Of a stretch of DNA of 64,000 nt, positions 50,067-59,503 are shown in pieces. Source of the DNA: an uncultured Gemmataceae bacterium (GTDB lineage Bacteria > Planctomycetota > Planctomycetia > Gemmatales > Gemmataceae); NCBI GenBank assembly GCA_963750165.1, contig CAVVPN010000003.1, positions 1,440,001-1,504,000 on the forward strand, read 5' to 3'. The notes beneath the pieces were generated by a model. It made no database searches. It was not told where the DNA came from and saw only the letters and a program-made list of their open reading frames with translations. Numbering within the stretch: position 1 is the first letter of the stretch; each line of letters begins with the position of its first letter. Position numbers and translations under genes: made by a program.

Positions 50067-50194
50067 GAAGACTTCTCTCTCAGGGGATGGGCAGCAACCG
50101 GTACACTCAGGGGAAGGTATCGTTTCGGTTTGCACGAACCAAACGTGTGTGGAGGATTGTAAGCCGGTGGAATGGGGCCGCTCAATGACCATTA

Positions 50195-50219
50195 GCGCAA
50201 TTGGTTTGATATATTGCGC
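50195..50219. promoter_or_regulatory. Candidate operator GCGCAAT-N11-ATTGCGC in a divergent AT-rich intergenic region
   Basis: Perfect 7-bp dyad with an AT-rich spacer. Confidence 0.45.
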
Positions 50220-50321
50220 ACATCGTCGGCGGTGGATCAAGTCGCGGAATTTCATGCGGTGTCCCGCAGCCATCCGCTTATACTAGCTCCTGACCCACCG
50301 CGTTCCCGCAGGAGTTGCTTC

Positions 50322-51833
50322 ATGGCCGCCACCCGCTGCCCGCAGTGCCAGATCCCCATGACCGAGGACGAAGCCCGCGCCGCCGCCTGCCCCGTCTGCG
50401 CCGCGCCGTTCGTCACACCCGCCCCCTCGAGCCCCGTTGCCGCGCCGGTGCCGACACGCTCCCGCACCGGCCCGAGGCTGGCCGTGGCGGCGGCGCTGCT
50501 GGCGGTCGCCGCGGCCAGTGTCTACGTCTATTCCCAGTGGGGGAGCGGTCATGAACCACCCAGCGAGCGTGCCGCCATTTCCCCGAGTCCTGAGCGCCGC
50601 GAGAGCCCGAAAAAGCAGTCGCCTGCCCCGAGCCGCGCGGAGAAACTCCCGCCGCCCACGCGCATCGTCCAGGAAGACCTGCACGCCCCGGAGCGCGTCG
50701 CCGAGCGGATTCCCGCCCCGCCGGTCGTCGTCCAGGAGGAGCCAGCCCCGAAGCGCGTCGAGGTGGTCAAGGCACCGCCGGCCAAGAAGAAGCCGGACCC
50801 GAAGGTCGTCACCAAGCCGAAGGAGAAACCCAGGGAAAAACCCAAGGAAAAGCCAGTGCCCGGCGCCCTGGAAGGCGAGGTGTTCACCGTCAAGGAACGC
50901 AAGCTGAACCGGCCCAACGCCGACTACACGCTGCCGCCGCACCTCGCCGCCGGCAAGAAAATCGACCTGAGCGGTAAGGCGCGGACGCTGCGTCTGGCCC
51001 AGGTCGCCAACCACGCCCTCCTGGAAATCACCGGCCTGGACGCCCAGACGCTGGACATCGGCCGCATTGAAAACCACTCCCCCGTCAAGGTCAGCGGCAA
51101 GGTCAAGAAGCTGACCGTCGGCCCGATCCTGAACGGCGGCAGCCTCGACGCTTCGAAATTGGAGGCGGAGGAGGTCGTCTTCACCGGCCAGATGGAGGGC
51201 CACACCAGGGTGAAGTTGAACGGCAAACTCAAGCGCCTGCGCGTCGAGCAGCACCTGGCCAACGGCGCCGCGCTGGACGCCCTGCAACTGGACGCCCAAA
51301 CCGTCACGTTCGCCAGGCGCCTCGATGGCCACGTCAAGGTGAACCTGAGCGGCAAGGTCAAAACGCTGACCGTCAACCAGATGAGCACGGGCGCCCAGCT
51401 GGATGCGTCGAAGTTGCTGGCCCAGGAGGTTGTCTTCACGGACCGCATCGACGGCCACTCCCGCGTCAAGCTGCAGGCGCCGGGCGGCACGGTCGAGTTC
51501 CGCAGCCGGGTGGAGGGCAACGCCCAGCTGGAGATCAAGGCCCCGGGCGGCAAGGTGACGTTCACGGAGCCCTCGGCCAAAAACAAGCCCGGTTCCAGGA
51601 TCGACGGCGGCGCCCGCGTCACCATCACCGCGAAGGAAGCGGAGTTTCGCGGCATCCTCAACGGCAACGGCACGCAGGTCCTGGTGACGCTGACCGACGG
51701 TGGCGTGCTGCGCTTCCGCGAGCTGGACGGCCAGGTGCGGTTGCAATACCGCAAGGCCGACCGCAGCGGCCCGGAGCCGGTCGTTGAGGCCGGCGCCGTC
51801 CGCGGCCGGGCGAAGGTCGAGAAGCTGAAGTGA
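50322..51833 (+). CDS. Zn-ribbon + TM + Pro/Lys linker + repetitive beta-solenoid protein
   Basis: CPQC...CPVC; one TM; repeated GKVKxLTV...G..LDASKL.A.EVVFT..I/MxGH..VKL units. Confidence 0.8.
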   Translation: MAATRCPQCQIPMTEDEARAAACPVCAAPFVTPAPSSPVAAPVPTRSRTGPRLAVAAALLAVAAASVYVYSQWGSGHEPPSERAAISPSPERRESPKKQSPAPSRAEKLPPPTRIVQEDLHAPERVAERIPAPPVVVQEEPAPKRVEVVKAPPAKKKPDPKVVTKPKEKPREKPKEKPVPGALEGEVFTVKERKLNRPNADYTLPPHLAAGKKIDLSGKARTLRLAQVANHALLEITGLDAQTLDIGRIENHSPVKVSGKVKKLTVGPILNGGSLDASKLEAEEVVFTGQMEGHTRVKLNGKLKRLRVEQHLANGAALDALQLDAQTVTFARRLDGHVKVNLSGKVKTLTVNQMSTGAQLDASKLLAQEVVFTDRIDGHSRVKLQAPGGTVEFRSRVEGNAQLEIKAPGGKVTFTEPSAKNKPGSRIDGGARVTITAKEAEFRGILNGNGTQVLVTLTDGGVLRFRELDGQVRLQYRKADRSGPEPVVEAGAVRGRAKVEKLK

Positions 51834-51854
51834 GCGCCGGCAAGGCATGTCGTT

Positions 51855-51892
51855 GTTAGGGCGCGCGGCGCACCCTAATCACCAGGTTCGGT
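51855..51892 (+). other. attI-like site 1 (GTTAGGG...CCCTAA-TCACCAG-GTTCGGT)
   Basis: Imperfect direct repeat of 53658-53695; resembles the attI1 simple site GCCCTAAAACAAAGTT. Confidence 0.4.
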
Positions 51893-51931
51893 CGCGTGAG
51901 CAATCCTGGCAGGAAGAGAGCATCAACATGA

Positions 51932-53584
51932 GCAAAAAAACTAGGACAGCAAAGCCGGCTGGAGCAGTTTTTCCTCCAACTGTTGGAGGAACGCCCGGGG
52001 ATTGCGACGGAACCGTGTGCGGTTGACTCGGCGGCGGCGGCGGGACTCCAGGTGTTGGCGGAGTTCCGCCTGCCTGACCGGGTCTGCCTCCGCCAACTCT
52101 TCCGCTGTGTAGACGTGCTGCCGGGTCGCCGCGGCCGCCAACACGCGGGCCTCCCCACGGAGCACCAGACTCGGGGACGCCCCCGTGCGGCCGCTGGCCC
52201 GGCGCTCGTGGTAGCGATGGCTGCCGAAGAACTGCTCCAGGTCGTTGTTCGTCCGCGGTAGGTCCGCGACGGCGTAGCAGTGGAACAGCCCCGGCCAGTA
52301 GCTCCGGGTGACCTTCACGAAGTGCTCGACCCCGCTCGCCAGCGCCCCGACCAGCCCGCGGTGGCGGGTCATCGCCCCGAGCAGACCACCCAGGCGCTGC
52401 CGCACGGCTGGGGCCACCCCGGGGCCGTGTTCGCCCAGTAGGTGCGCCGCCTGCCAGACCCAGGCGAAGGCCACGCGCACCGGGGGCCACAGCGGCGCCG
52501 TGGCCGCCAACGCCGCCACGAGCAGCAGCCTCAGCCGGACGAGTTCTTTCGGGAGCCCCTTTTTTCGGCCACCCCGTCCAGGCTGGCCACCACGGCGCTC
52601 AGGCGGTCGTGGAGTTTCAGCCCGGACGCTTCCAGGGGCGGCCGGCCGTCGTCGGTCACGGCACTGCGGACCGCGTCGCAGTACCCCTGGATGGCCTGGG
52701 CCTCGGGGTCGGTGCGGCCCTCCACCTGGCGCTCGAGGGGCCGCACGCCGCGGACGCGCTTCTTGAGTTCCTTCTTGGCGTGGCGGTCGGCCTCGTAGAT
52801 GGGCCGGGCGGCTTCGCGGAGGTAGTGGAAGTGGCAGAGTTGGTGCGGCACGCCGGGCAAGGCTTCGGCCACGGCCTTGCGGATGGAGTGCTGGCCGTCG
52901 GAGACCACCCCGGTGATCGGCACCGCCAGGCCGTCGCGCACCTGGCCGATGAGTTCGGCCAGGTCCTGCTGCCGGCTGGACAACAGGCTGCGCGCAGCAG
53001 GACGGTGCCGGAGAGGCAGTCGCGCAACACCCAGAGCACCTCGTGGCCGACGTCGGGCTGCAGGCCGTCGATGGCCAGGATGACGCGGCCCTGCGCGGCC
53101 AGCAACCCGCGCAGGCGGCCGGCGTCGGTCAGGGTGACGGCCAGCAGTTCGTCGTAGCGCTCCAGGAGGTTGGTGACCGTCCGCTCGGCGATGGCCAGGC
53201 CCCGGGCGACCAGGTGCTGGTGGATCTCGGGGACGGAGCGGTGCTCGGCGTAGCGGAGGGCGCCGAGGTGGGCGATGACGTCCAGGCCGAACTCGTGCTG
53301 GGGCAGGGCGTGGCGGCCCTCGGCCTCGGGCCGGTAGGGCTGCAGGTGGCGTGGGCAGTCGGCGGTGTGGCAGCGGCGGATGTGGAGCACCAGCCGTGTC
53401 AGGCCCAGCAGGGTGACGACGGTGCGGTCGTTCCGGTAGTCGGACCACATCCGTCGGTGGCAGGCGGGGCAGTCCTGGTACAAGGCGTCCAGGTGTTGGG
53501 TGAAGGTGGGTTCGGGGCGGGGCGCCTTCCTGGCCATGGCAAGCTCCTGGGTTGGGGGGCTTTGCTACGCAACTCGTTTTTCGC
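51932..53584 (-). mobile_element. ISNCY-type insertion sequence; ends approximate
   Basis: DDE transposase inside; short imperfect inverted ends GCAAAAAAACTAG / CTCGTTTTTCGC. Confidence 0.7.
51941..53537 (-). CDS. DDE transposase in pieces: probable programmed -1 shift at A6G (~52560) plus an extra frameshift at ~52995
   Basis: CPAC...C....C zinc ribbon, LAIDG, VVSDG, QLCHFHYLRE, PRTNNDLEQFFG. Confidence 0.85.
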
Positions 53585-53657
53585 GGTACGCCTCGGTAAC
53601 GTTCCGTGACGAACGGGACCAACCGCGGGACGAAATTACATTACGTATCAAAGCCGG

Positions 53658-53695
53658 GTTGGGGCGCTAAAGCGTAACCCAAACCCAGGTTAGCT
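53658..53695 (+). other. attI-like site 2 ending in GTTAGCT directly before the cassette-like gene
   Basis: GTTGGGGCGC...GCGTAACCCAAACCCAGGTTAGCT; core GTT at 53689, about 40 bp before the ORF. Confidence 0.45.
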
Positions 53696-53731
53696 GTCTA
53701 GCCGGCTTTGCTGTCCTAGAAAAAAACATGG

Positions 53732-54922
53732 GTGGCTTTGATCGGGTGTCTGATTCTGGGAATCCTGGCTGGCTGCGGAGGCACCGACGGGCAGAAGGAG
53801 GACAAGAAATTGGACCCCTCAACCAAGGGGAGCCAAGGTAACAAGAAGTCAGGGACCGTCGCCGACAAGGGCGGGAAGACCAAGAAGACACCGGACGCGG
53901 ACAAGCTGCCCACGCCGAAGGAATACACGGCGGAAGAGTTGGGCGCCGTTGGAGCAGACTCGGGCAAATGGGACAAGGAATTCCTGGGGAAAATGCTCCG
54001 CGTCAGCGGCGAAGTGGAACTGGTGTCGGCCCCGCTGGCCTACCTCAAGACGAGCAAACAGTTTGAGACTGGTCAACCGGTCAAGGTGACATTGACGTTC
54101 GCCGACGGAGAGGCAGCCAGGAAACTCACCAGAGGGGACAAAGTCCTCGTGGAAGGCAAGGCCCGATCCGCCGGGATCTTCGGCCCCTACCTGGAGAACG
54201 TCACCCTCGTAAAGACGCTGGCTGCTGCGCCGAAGGCAGACGGCGGCATGTCGGCCATCGATTTCGCGAAGGAGGTGTATGCCGATCCCAAGGCCGGTCT
54301 CGAAAAGTACCAGGGCAAGCGGATCCAGCTTACGGGGCAAGTTGGCGAAGCGAGTCCGGAGTACTCGTTCGGCGGCATGTCGCTGAAAACCGGTCTCAAG
54401 CATCGCAAGATGAGCTTTCTTGTCGTCGGCTTGCGGATCTATGTCCAGCCGGAGAAAATACTGCACGCCTACCTGCTCGGCGTTGGGCAAAAGGTGCAAG
54501 TGACGGGTGAACTCACGGGCATCACCGATGACGCGATTACGCTGCGCAATTGCACCTTCGCGGAGCTGGAAAAGAACCCGATGCCATCGCTTGCCGCAAC
54601 CGAGTTGGCGGCCGCGTATGTCAAGGACGTGAAGGAAGCCAGCCGGAAATATGGCGGCGAATTCGGCATGCGCAAGGATCTCTTTGTCCAGGGCAAAGTC
54701 GCTGAGATTGCGGACGCTGAATTCGGGAATAAGGCGGTTCACCTGGAAGGCAGCGGCAAAACGAATGTCGTCTGTTACATCCGGGCGAAGGACGCGAAAG
54801 ACCTAAAAAAAGGCGACGAAATCCGCGTGAAGGCCCAGTGTGTGGGCCTCGTGAACAGTGCAGGCCAGGCGAATGTACATTGCCCCGGATGGCTGGTCCC
54901 GAAAGAACTTTGGGCGAAGTAA
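53732..54922 (+). CDS. Lipoprotein with three tRNA_anti-like OB-fold domains; probable integron gene cassette
   Basis: LAGC lipobox; three A.EL.......KY.GK.....G.V repeats; visibly lower GC; followed by attC. Confidence 0.8.
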   Translation: MALIGCLILGILAGCGGTDGQKEDKKLDPSTKGSQGNKKSGTVADKGGKTKKTPDADKLPTPKEYTAEELGAVGADSGKWDKEFLGKMLRVSGEVELVSAPLAYLKTSKQFETGQPVKVTLTFADGEAARKLTRGDKVLVEGKARSAGIFGPYLENVTLVKTLAAAPKADGGMSAIDFAKEVYADPKAGLEKYQGKRIQLTGQVGEASPEYSFGGMSLKTGLKHRKMSFLVVGLRIYVQPEKILHAYLLGVGQKVQVTGELTGITDDAITLRNCTFAELEKNPMPSLAATELAAAYVKDVKEASRKYGGEFGMRKDLFVQGKVAEIADAEFGNKAVHLEGSGKTNVVCYIRAKDAKDLKKGDEIRVKAQCVGLVNSAGQANVHCPGWLVPKELWAK

Positions 54923-54929
54923 AATGGAA

Positions 54930-55019
54930 CCCGAACCAGTCGTTTGCACATGACGAGCCAACTGAGGTGCATCGGACGCATTCAGTCCAGTGGCCCGCAC
55001 GTGAACTCGGTAATTCGGC
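54930..55019 (+). other. Integron attC site (slightly degenerate)
   Basis: R'' CCCGAAC, L'' arm TTTGCACATGACGAGCCA with extrahelical bases pairing to TGGCCCGCACGTGAAC, 6-bp spacer TCGGTA, R' ATTCGGC; begins 8 bp after the stop codon. Confidence 0.7.
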
Positions 55020-55037
55020 TTCACAAGGAAGACAGCG

Positions 55038-55571
55038 ATGACAACGCGGTTGCTTACGGTTTCGCTCCTGGGGTTGCTGGCAGCGGGGCTGGCGCGCGCG
55101 GACGTGGCGTCCGGGCCGAAGGAGGGCGAGAAGGTCGCTACCCTGAAGGTCTACGCCGTCACCGGCGAACCAAAGGACAAGGAAGTCGATTACACCGGCT
55201 TGCGCAAGGACAAGGCGACGGTGTACGTATTCGTGTCGGCGAAGGACTTTGGTCGGCCGATGTTTCGTTTCCTCAAGAAACTCGACGAGAACCTGAGCGA
55301 CGATGGCTTGGTCGTGGCCGTATGGCTGACCGACGACACGGACAAATCGAAAGAGTATCTGCCGAAGATTGCGCAGTATTTCAAGGGGGCGGCGCTCACG
55401 GTATTCGGCGGGACCGCCGGGCCGAAGGACTGGGCGATCAATTCCGACGCGCACCTGACCGCCGTGATCGCCTATAAGGGCAAGGTGGTCAGGTCGTTCG
55501 GCTACAGGTCGCTGAACGAAACCGACGTACCCGAGGTGGTCAAGACGCTGAAGAAGGCGATCAAGAAATAA
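55038..55571 (+). CDS. Secreted thioredoxin-like-fold hypothetical protein
   Basis: AAGGA RBS; signal peptide; SGP..G.KV..LKV..VTG pattern. Confidence 0.75.
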   Translation: MTTRLLTVSLLGLLAAGLARADVASGPKEGEKVATLKVYAVTGEPKDKEVDYTGLRKDKATVYVFVSAKDFGRPMFRFLKKLDENLSDDGLVVAVWLTDDTDKSKEYLPKIAQYFKGAALTVFGGTAGPKDWAINSDAHLTAVIAYKGKVVRSFGYRSLNETDVPEVVKTLKKAIKK

Positions 55572-55690
55572 GTTAAACGCTCCGCAACCCGCTGGGATCT
55601 CGCGGAAAAAAGCTGACCTCCCTCCTCGGATATGGTATCGGTAGAGGGACACGGCCCCCGCCCGGGGCCGCCATCCGAGGAGGACGCACC

Positions 55691-58600
55691 ATGTCGCAAA
55701 TAGCGCAACCGTGTCCGGCGTGCGGCCGGCCTTTCAATCAGACGCAGGCGGATGTCACCCCGCCCGCCGACGGCCACACCCTGGACGCCGGCATGGCGCT
55801 CGCGGCGTCCGCGGGCGCCCCGCCGGCGCAGGTGACCGGCTACGACCTGCTGCAAGAGCTGGGTCGTGGCGGCATGGGCGTCGTTTACCAGGCCCGGCAG
55901 CATGCGCCCAACCGGCTGGTGGCGTTGAAAATGATCCTGGCGGCCGAGCATGCCGGCGCCGCGGCCGTGGCCCGCTTCCGCAACGAGGCCGAGGCGGTCG
56001 CCAAACTGCAACACCCCAACATCGTGCAGATCCACGCGGTCGGCGAACAGCACGGCCGGCCCTTCTTCACCCTGGAGTACATCGACGGCGGCGGCCTCGA
56101 CAGGAAGCTCGACGGCACGCCCCTGCCGCCGCGTCAGGCCGCCCAGCTGATCGAGACGCTGGCGCGGGCCATCGAGGCGGCGCACCAGGCCGGCGTCATC
56201 CACCGCGACCTCAAACCGGCCAACGTCCTGCTCACCGCCACGGGCGAGCCGAAAATCACCGACTTCGGCCTGGCCAAGCAGCTCGACAGCCTGCACGGCC
56301 AGACCGAGAGCGGCGCCGTCATCGGCACGCCCAGTTACATGGCTCCCGAGCAGGCCGCCGGCAAGGTCAAGGAGGTCGGCAAGGCGGCGGACGTGTACGC
56401 GCTGGGCGCCATCCTCTACGAGTGCCTGACCGGCCGGCCGCCGTTCAAGGCGGTCGCGCCGATGGACACCATTTTGCAGGTGCTCAGCGACGAGCCAGTG
56501 CCGCCCTCGCGCCTGCAGCCGAAGGTGCCGCGCGACCTGGAAACCATCTGCCTGAAGTGCCTGCAAAAAGAGCCGCGCAAGCGCTACGCCACGGCGGCGG
56601 CGCTGGCCGAGGACCTGCGCCGCTTTTTGGTGGGTGAGCCGATCCAGGCCCGGCCAGTGGGCGCGGCGGGACGGCTGCTGAAGTGGGCGCGGCGGCGGCC
56701 GGCGGTGGCGGCGCTGTCGGCGGCGGTGGCGCTGGTGGCGGCGCTGGGCTTCGCGCTGGTGACGGCGGCGCTGGTCCAGGTCGAGGAGAAGCGGCAACTG
56801 GCGGAGAACCAGCGTGCGGCCCTGTTTGACTCGCACCACCGGTTACTCGCGTCGCAGGAGCAGTTGGAGGAAAAGAAAAAGGAGGCCCTGGCGAAGGCGG
56901 CCGCGGCGCTGGCGGCGCGCCAGCAAACGCTCGACGCGCAGAAGGAGTTACATTATTCCAGCTATCTGAACAGCATCGCGCTGGCCCACCAGCTGCTGCT
57001 GAGCAACAACGTGGCGCGGGCGCGGGAGGTGCTGCGCGAGGCCTGCCCCGACGCGTCCCGCTGGGAGTGGCGCTACCTGGACCGGCTGAGCCGCGCCGAG
57101 CGTTACACGGTCAAGGGGCCGGGTATCGGCGTGTCGGGGCTGGCGTTCAGCCCGGACGACAGGTTCCTGGCGGTGGCAAGCATCAACGAGCAGGGCCAGG
57201 ACGCCTTGCGCATTCTGGACGCCGCCACCGGCAAGGAACTGCGGGGCCTGGCGCTGCCGGGCGGCGATTTCACCGGAGTCGCGTTCAGAAGCGACGGCAA
57301 ACGACTGGCCCTGGCCCGGAGCCGGGAGGTGACCGTCGTTGAGGTCCGCCCCGACCAGCCGCCGGCTCAGTGGCCCGTGAAAACGCACAAGCTGAGTTCC
57401 AGCGTCAACGCGGTCGCCTTCACCCCCGAGGGGAAAATCCTCGCGGCCGGCAACGCCCACCTCCGCAAGGACCAGGGGCCGACCCGGACCACCCTGTTCG
57501 TGGTGGACGTGGAAACCAACCAGGAAGTGTGCTGGCTGGACGGTTTTCAGGAGCAGGAGGGCGTCGCCCTGAACGTCCTGCCAGCTGCCTTCAGCCCCGA
57601 CAGACGGCGGTTGGCGGCGGTGGCGGTGGCGGTGGACAGCGGGAGACGCGCGCAACAGGAGCCAAAACCCCAGGCGCAGTCCAAAAACGAGGCGGTCCCG
57701 GCCGTGAAGGACCAATGCGGGCCACCCGCCGCGCCAGAGCAGTCGGCCCAGCAGGCTCAGGGGAAGACCCGGGCGGGGTTCTTCCAGGGCCAGGTCAAGG
57801 TATGGGACCTGGGCCAGAAGCGCGTGCTGCGGTCCTTCAGCACCAGCTTCGCCGGCTTCAAGTCCCAGGTGGCCTTCAGCCCGGACGGCAAACGCATCGC
57901 CTGGGGCGACGGGCCGACCGTGCGCGTGGCCGACGTGGAGGGCAAGGCGGAGCCGCGCGTCCTGGGCGGCCGGCAGCAGGAGGTGAACGGCGTCGCCTTC
58001 AGCCCGGACGGCACCCTGGTAGCCGCGGCCGGCGAGGATGGCACCGTCGTGCTCTGGAATGTCGAGAGCGGCGCGGAGGAGTTGGTCCTGCCCGGCCACA
58101 CCAGCGGCGTGCTGCGCGTGGCCTTCAACGCCAGGGGGGACCGACTTGCCGCCGGTACCCTGTCGTTTTTCGCGGCGCCGGAGGTGCGGTGCTGGGACCT
58201 GGGCCGCGGCCCGCTGACCCGGTCGGTGCGCGGGCCGACGGAGTTGATCTCGCTGTGCCTGGCGGTCAACCGGGACTGCACCCGGTTTCTGCAATTCACC
58301 GTGACCATGCGGGACGGGGGCCGCCCGGAGCTGGATTTCAGTGTCCGCGACGCGGCCAGCGGCCGGCTCGTGCGCCGGCTGGACGAGGTGTCGATGGGTG
58401 CGCCCTTCGCCGAGTTCCGCCCGGACGGCAGCCAGGTCGCGTCCACGATCCAGAAGGGTGCCGTCCTGTCCGACCTGGCCAGCGGTCGGCAGACGGTGCT
58501 CAGCCTTCCCGGCACCCCGGTTCGGGACGCGCTGATCGGCCTGGCCTACAACGCCCGGGGGGATCGACTGGCCGCCGCCACGGTGCAGCAGAACAAGGAG

Positions 58601-59290
58601 GGGAACAAGGGCCTGGAGGCGCTCGTGCAGCTGTACGACCCCGACACCGGCAAGACGGTGGGCCCCGCTCTGCGGGCCCCGGTCTTCGCCGACCGGGCCC
58701 TGGCGGAGCGGCCGCTCCTGCTCACTCAGGCGGCGTTCCACCCGGACGGGCGCCGGCTCGTCGTGGCCGTGGGGGCCCTGGCCATGCAGGGCCCGCAGAA
58801 GGACGGGGGCGGCGCGGCACTGCAGGCGGAGTTGCACTACTGGGACATCGCCGCGGGTAAGCGCCTGCTGGTGAAGCCGTTGCCCTACCTGGTCCAGGCG
58901 CTGGCGTTCCACCCCGACGGCCGTCTGGTCATCGGTGGCGGCAGCAGCGGCGAGGGGTTCGCCGAGTTGTGGGACCTGGACCAGGGCCACGCGGTGAGGC
59001 GCTTCCGCGGCCACGCCAAGGCGGTGTACGCCGTTGCCTGCCACCCGGACGGCAGCCGTCTGGTGACTGGCGGGGCAGACCAGACCGTCAAGGTGTGGGA
59101 CGTGGCCACCGGCCGTGAGGTGCTGACGCTGCGCGGCCTCGGCAAGGCGGCGACGGTAGTGCGCTTCAGCCCCGACGGTCAGAAGCTCGTGGCCGCCACC
59201 GGGCTGGAGTTCCTCGACCTGTTCATGATGGAGAGCCGCGCCGCCCTGCGTGTGCCGCTGGAGGTGCGCGTCTGGGACGCGGGCGAGTAA
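55691..59290 (+). CDS. Ser/Thr protein kinase with TM segment and C-terminal WD40 repeats
   Basis: GRGGMG, HRDLKPAN, DFG, YMAPE; WEWRYL linker; AFSPDG repeats. Confidence 0.95.
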   Translation: MSQIAQPCPACGRPFNQTQADVTPPADGHTLDAGMALAASAGAPPAQVTGYDLLQELGRGGMGVVYQARQHAPNRLVALKMILAAEHAGAAAVARFRNEAEAVAKLQHPNIVQIHAVGEQHGRPFFTLEYIDGGGLDRKLDGTPLPPRQAAQLIETLARAIEAAHQAGVIHRDLKPANVLLTATGEPKITDFGLAKQLDSLHGQTESGAVIGTPSYMAPEQAAGKVKEVGKAADVYALGAILYECLTGRPPFKAVAPMDTILQVLSDEPVPPSRLQPKVPRDLETICLKCLQKEPRKRYATAAALAEDLRRFLVGEPIQARPVGAAGRLLKWARRRPAVAALSAAVALVAALGFALVTAALVQVEEKRQLAENQRAALFDSHHRLLASQEQLEEKKKEALAKAAAALAARQQTLDAQKELHYSSYLNSIALAHQLLLSNNVARAREVLREACPDASRWEWRYLDRLSRAERYTVKGPGIGVSGLAFSPDDRFLAVASINEQGQDALRILDAATGKELRGLALPGGDFTGVAFRSDGKRLALARSREVTVVEVRPDQPPAQWPVKTHKLSSSVNAVAFTPEGKILAAGNAHLRKDQGPTRTTLFVVDVETNQEVCWLDGFQEQEGVALNVLPAAFSPDRRRLAAVAVAVDSGRRAQQEPKPQAQSKNEAVPAVKDQCGPPAAPEQSAQQAQGKTRAGFFQGQVKVWDLGQKRVLRSFSTSFAGFKSQVAFSPDGKRIAWGDGPTVRVADVEGKAEPRVLGGRQQEVNGVAFSPDGTLVAAAGEDGTVVLWNVESGAEELVLPGHTSGVLRVAFNARGDRLAAGTLSFFAAPEVRCWDLGRGPLTRSVRGPTELISLCLAVNRDCTRFLQFTVTMRDGGRPELDFSVRDAASGRLVRRLDEVSMGAPFAEFRPDGSQVASTIQKGAVLSDLASGRQTVLSLPGTPVRDALIGLAYNARGDRLAAATVQQNKEGNKGLEALVQLYDPDTGKTVGPALRAPVFADRALAERPLLLTQAAFHPDGRRLVVAVGALAMQGPQKDGGGAALQAELHYWDIAAGKRLLVKPLPYLVQALAFHPDGRLVIGGGSSGEGFAELWDLDQGHAVRRFRGHAKAVYAVACHPDGSRLVTGGADQTVKVWDVATGREVLTLRGLGKAATVVRFSPDGQKLVAATGLEFLDLFMMESRAALRVPLEVRVWDAGE

Positions 59291-59503
59291 GGGCAACCGG
59301 ACGAAACTGGGACAGCTCAATCCTGAGCCCACCACCACGGGCGCACTGGGCGAGACGACCTGCCGCCTGTTTTGTCAGCGGGGTTTCCACAGCGCTAAAC
59401 TCCGTTTCGGCAACTGCTCCTGGTGCGCAGTATAGTTGCCTGTCCTGACCGCGACCCATGCAGACGCTGAGAACGCTTGCCGCACAGCACGAGAGGGCCC
59501 GTC

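Noticed and set aside
15993..53719. Three in-frame TAG codons (15993, 48598, 53717) suggesting amber recoding
   Set aside because: Many normal genes here end in TAG (e.g. 6935, 7535, 9787, 32041, 44001) and no pyl or suppressor genes are visible; point mutations in accessory genes are simpler
55572..55580. GTTAAAC after the 55038 gene as a second attC
   Set aside because: Core matches GTTRRRY but no R''/L''/L' palindrome precedes it
59223..59459. Short minus-strand ORF between the kinase and the oxidoreductase
   Set aside because: No RBS or recognisable motif, and it overlaps the kinase end
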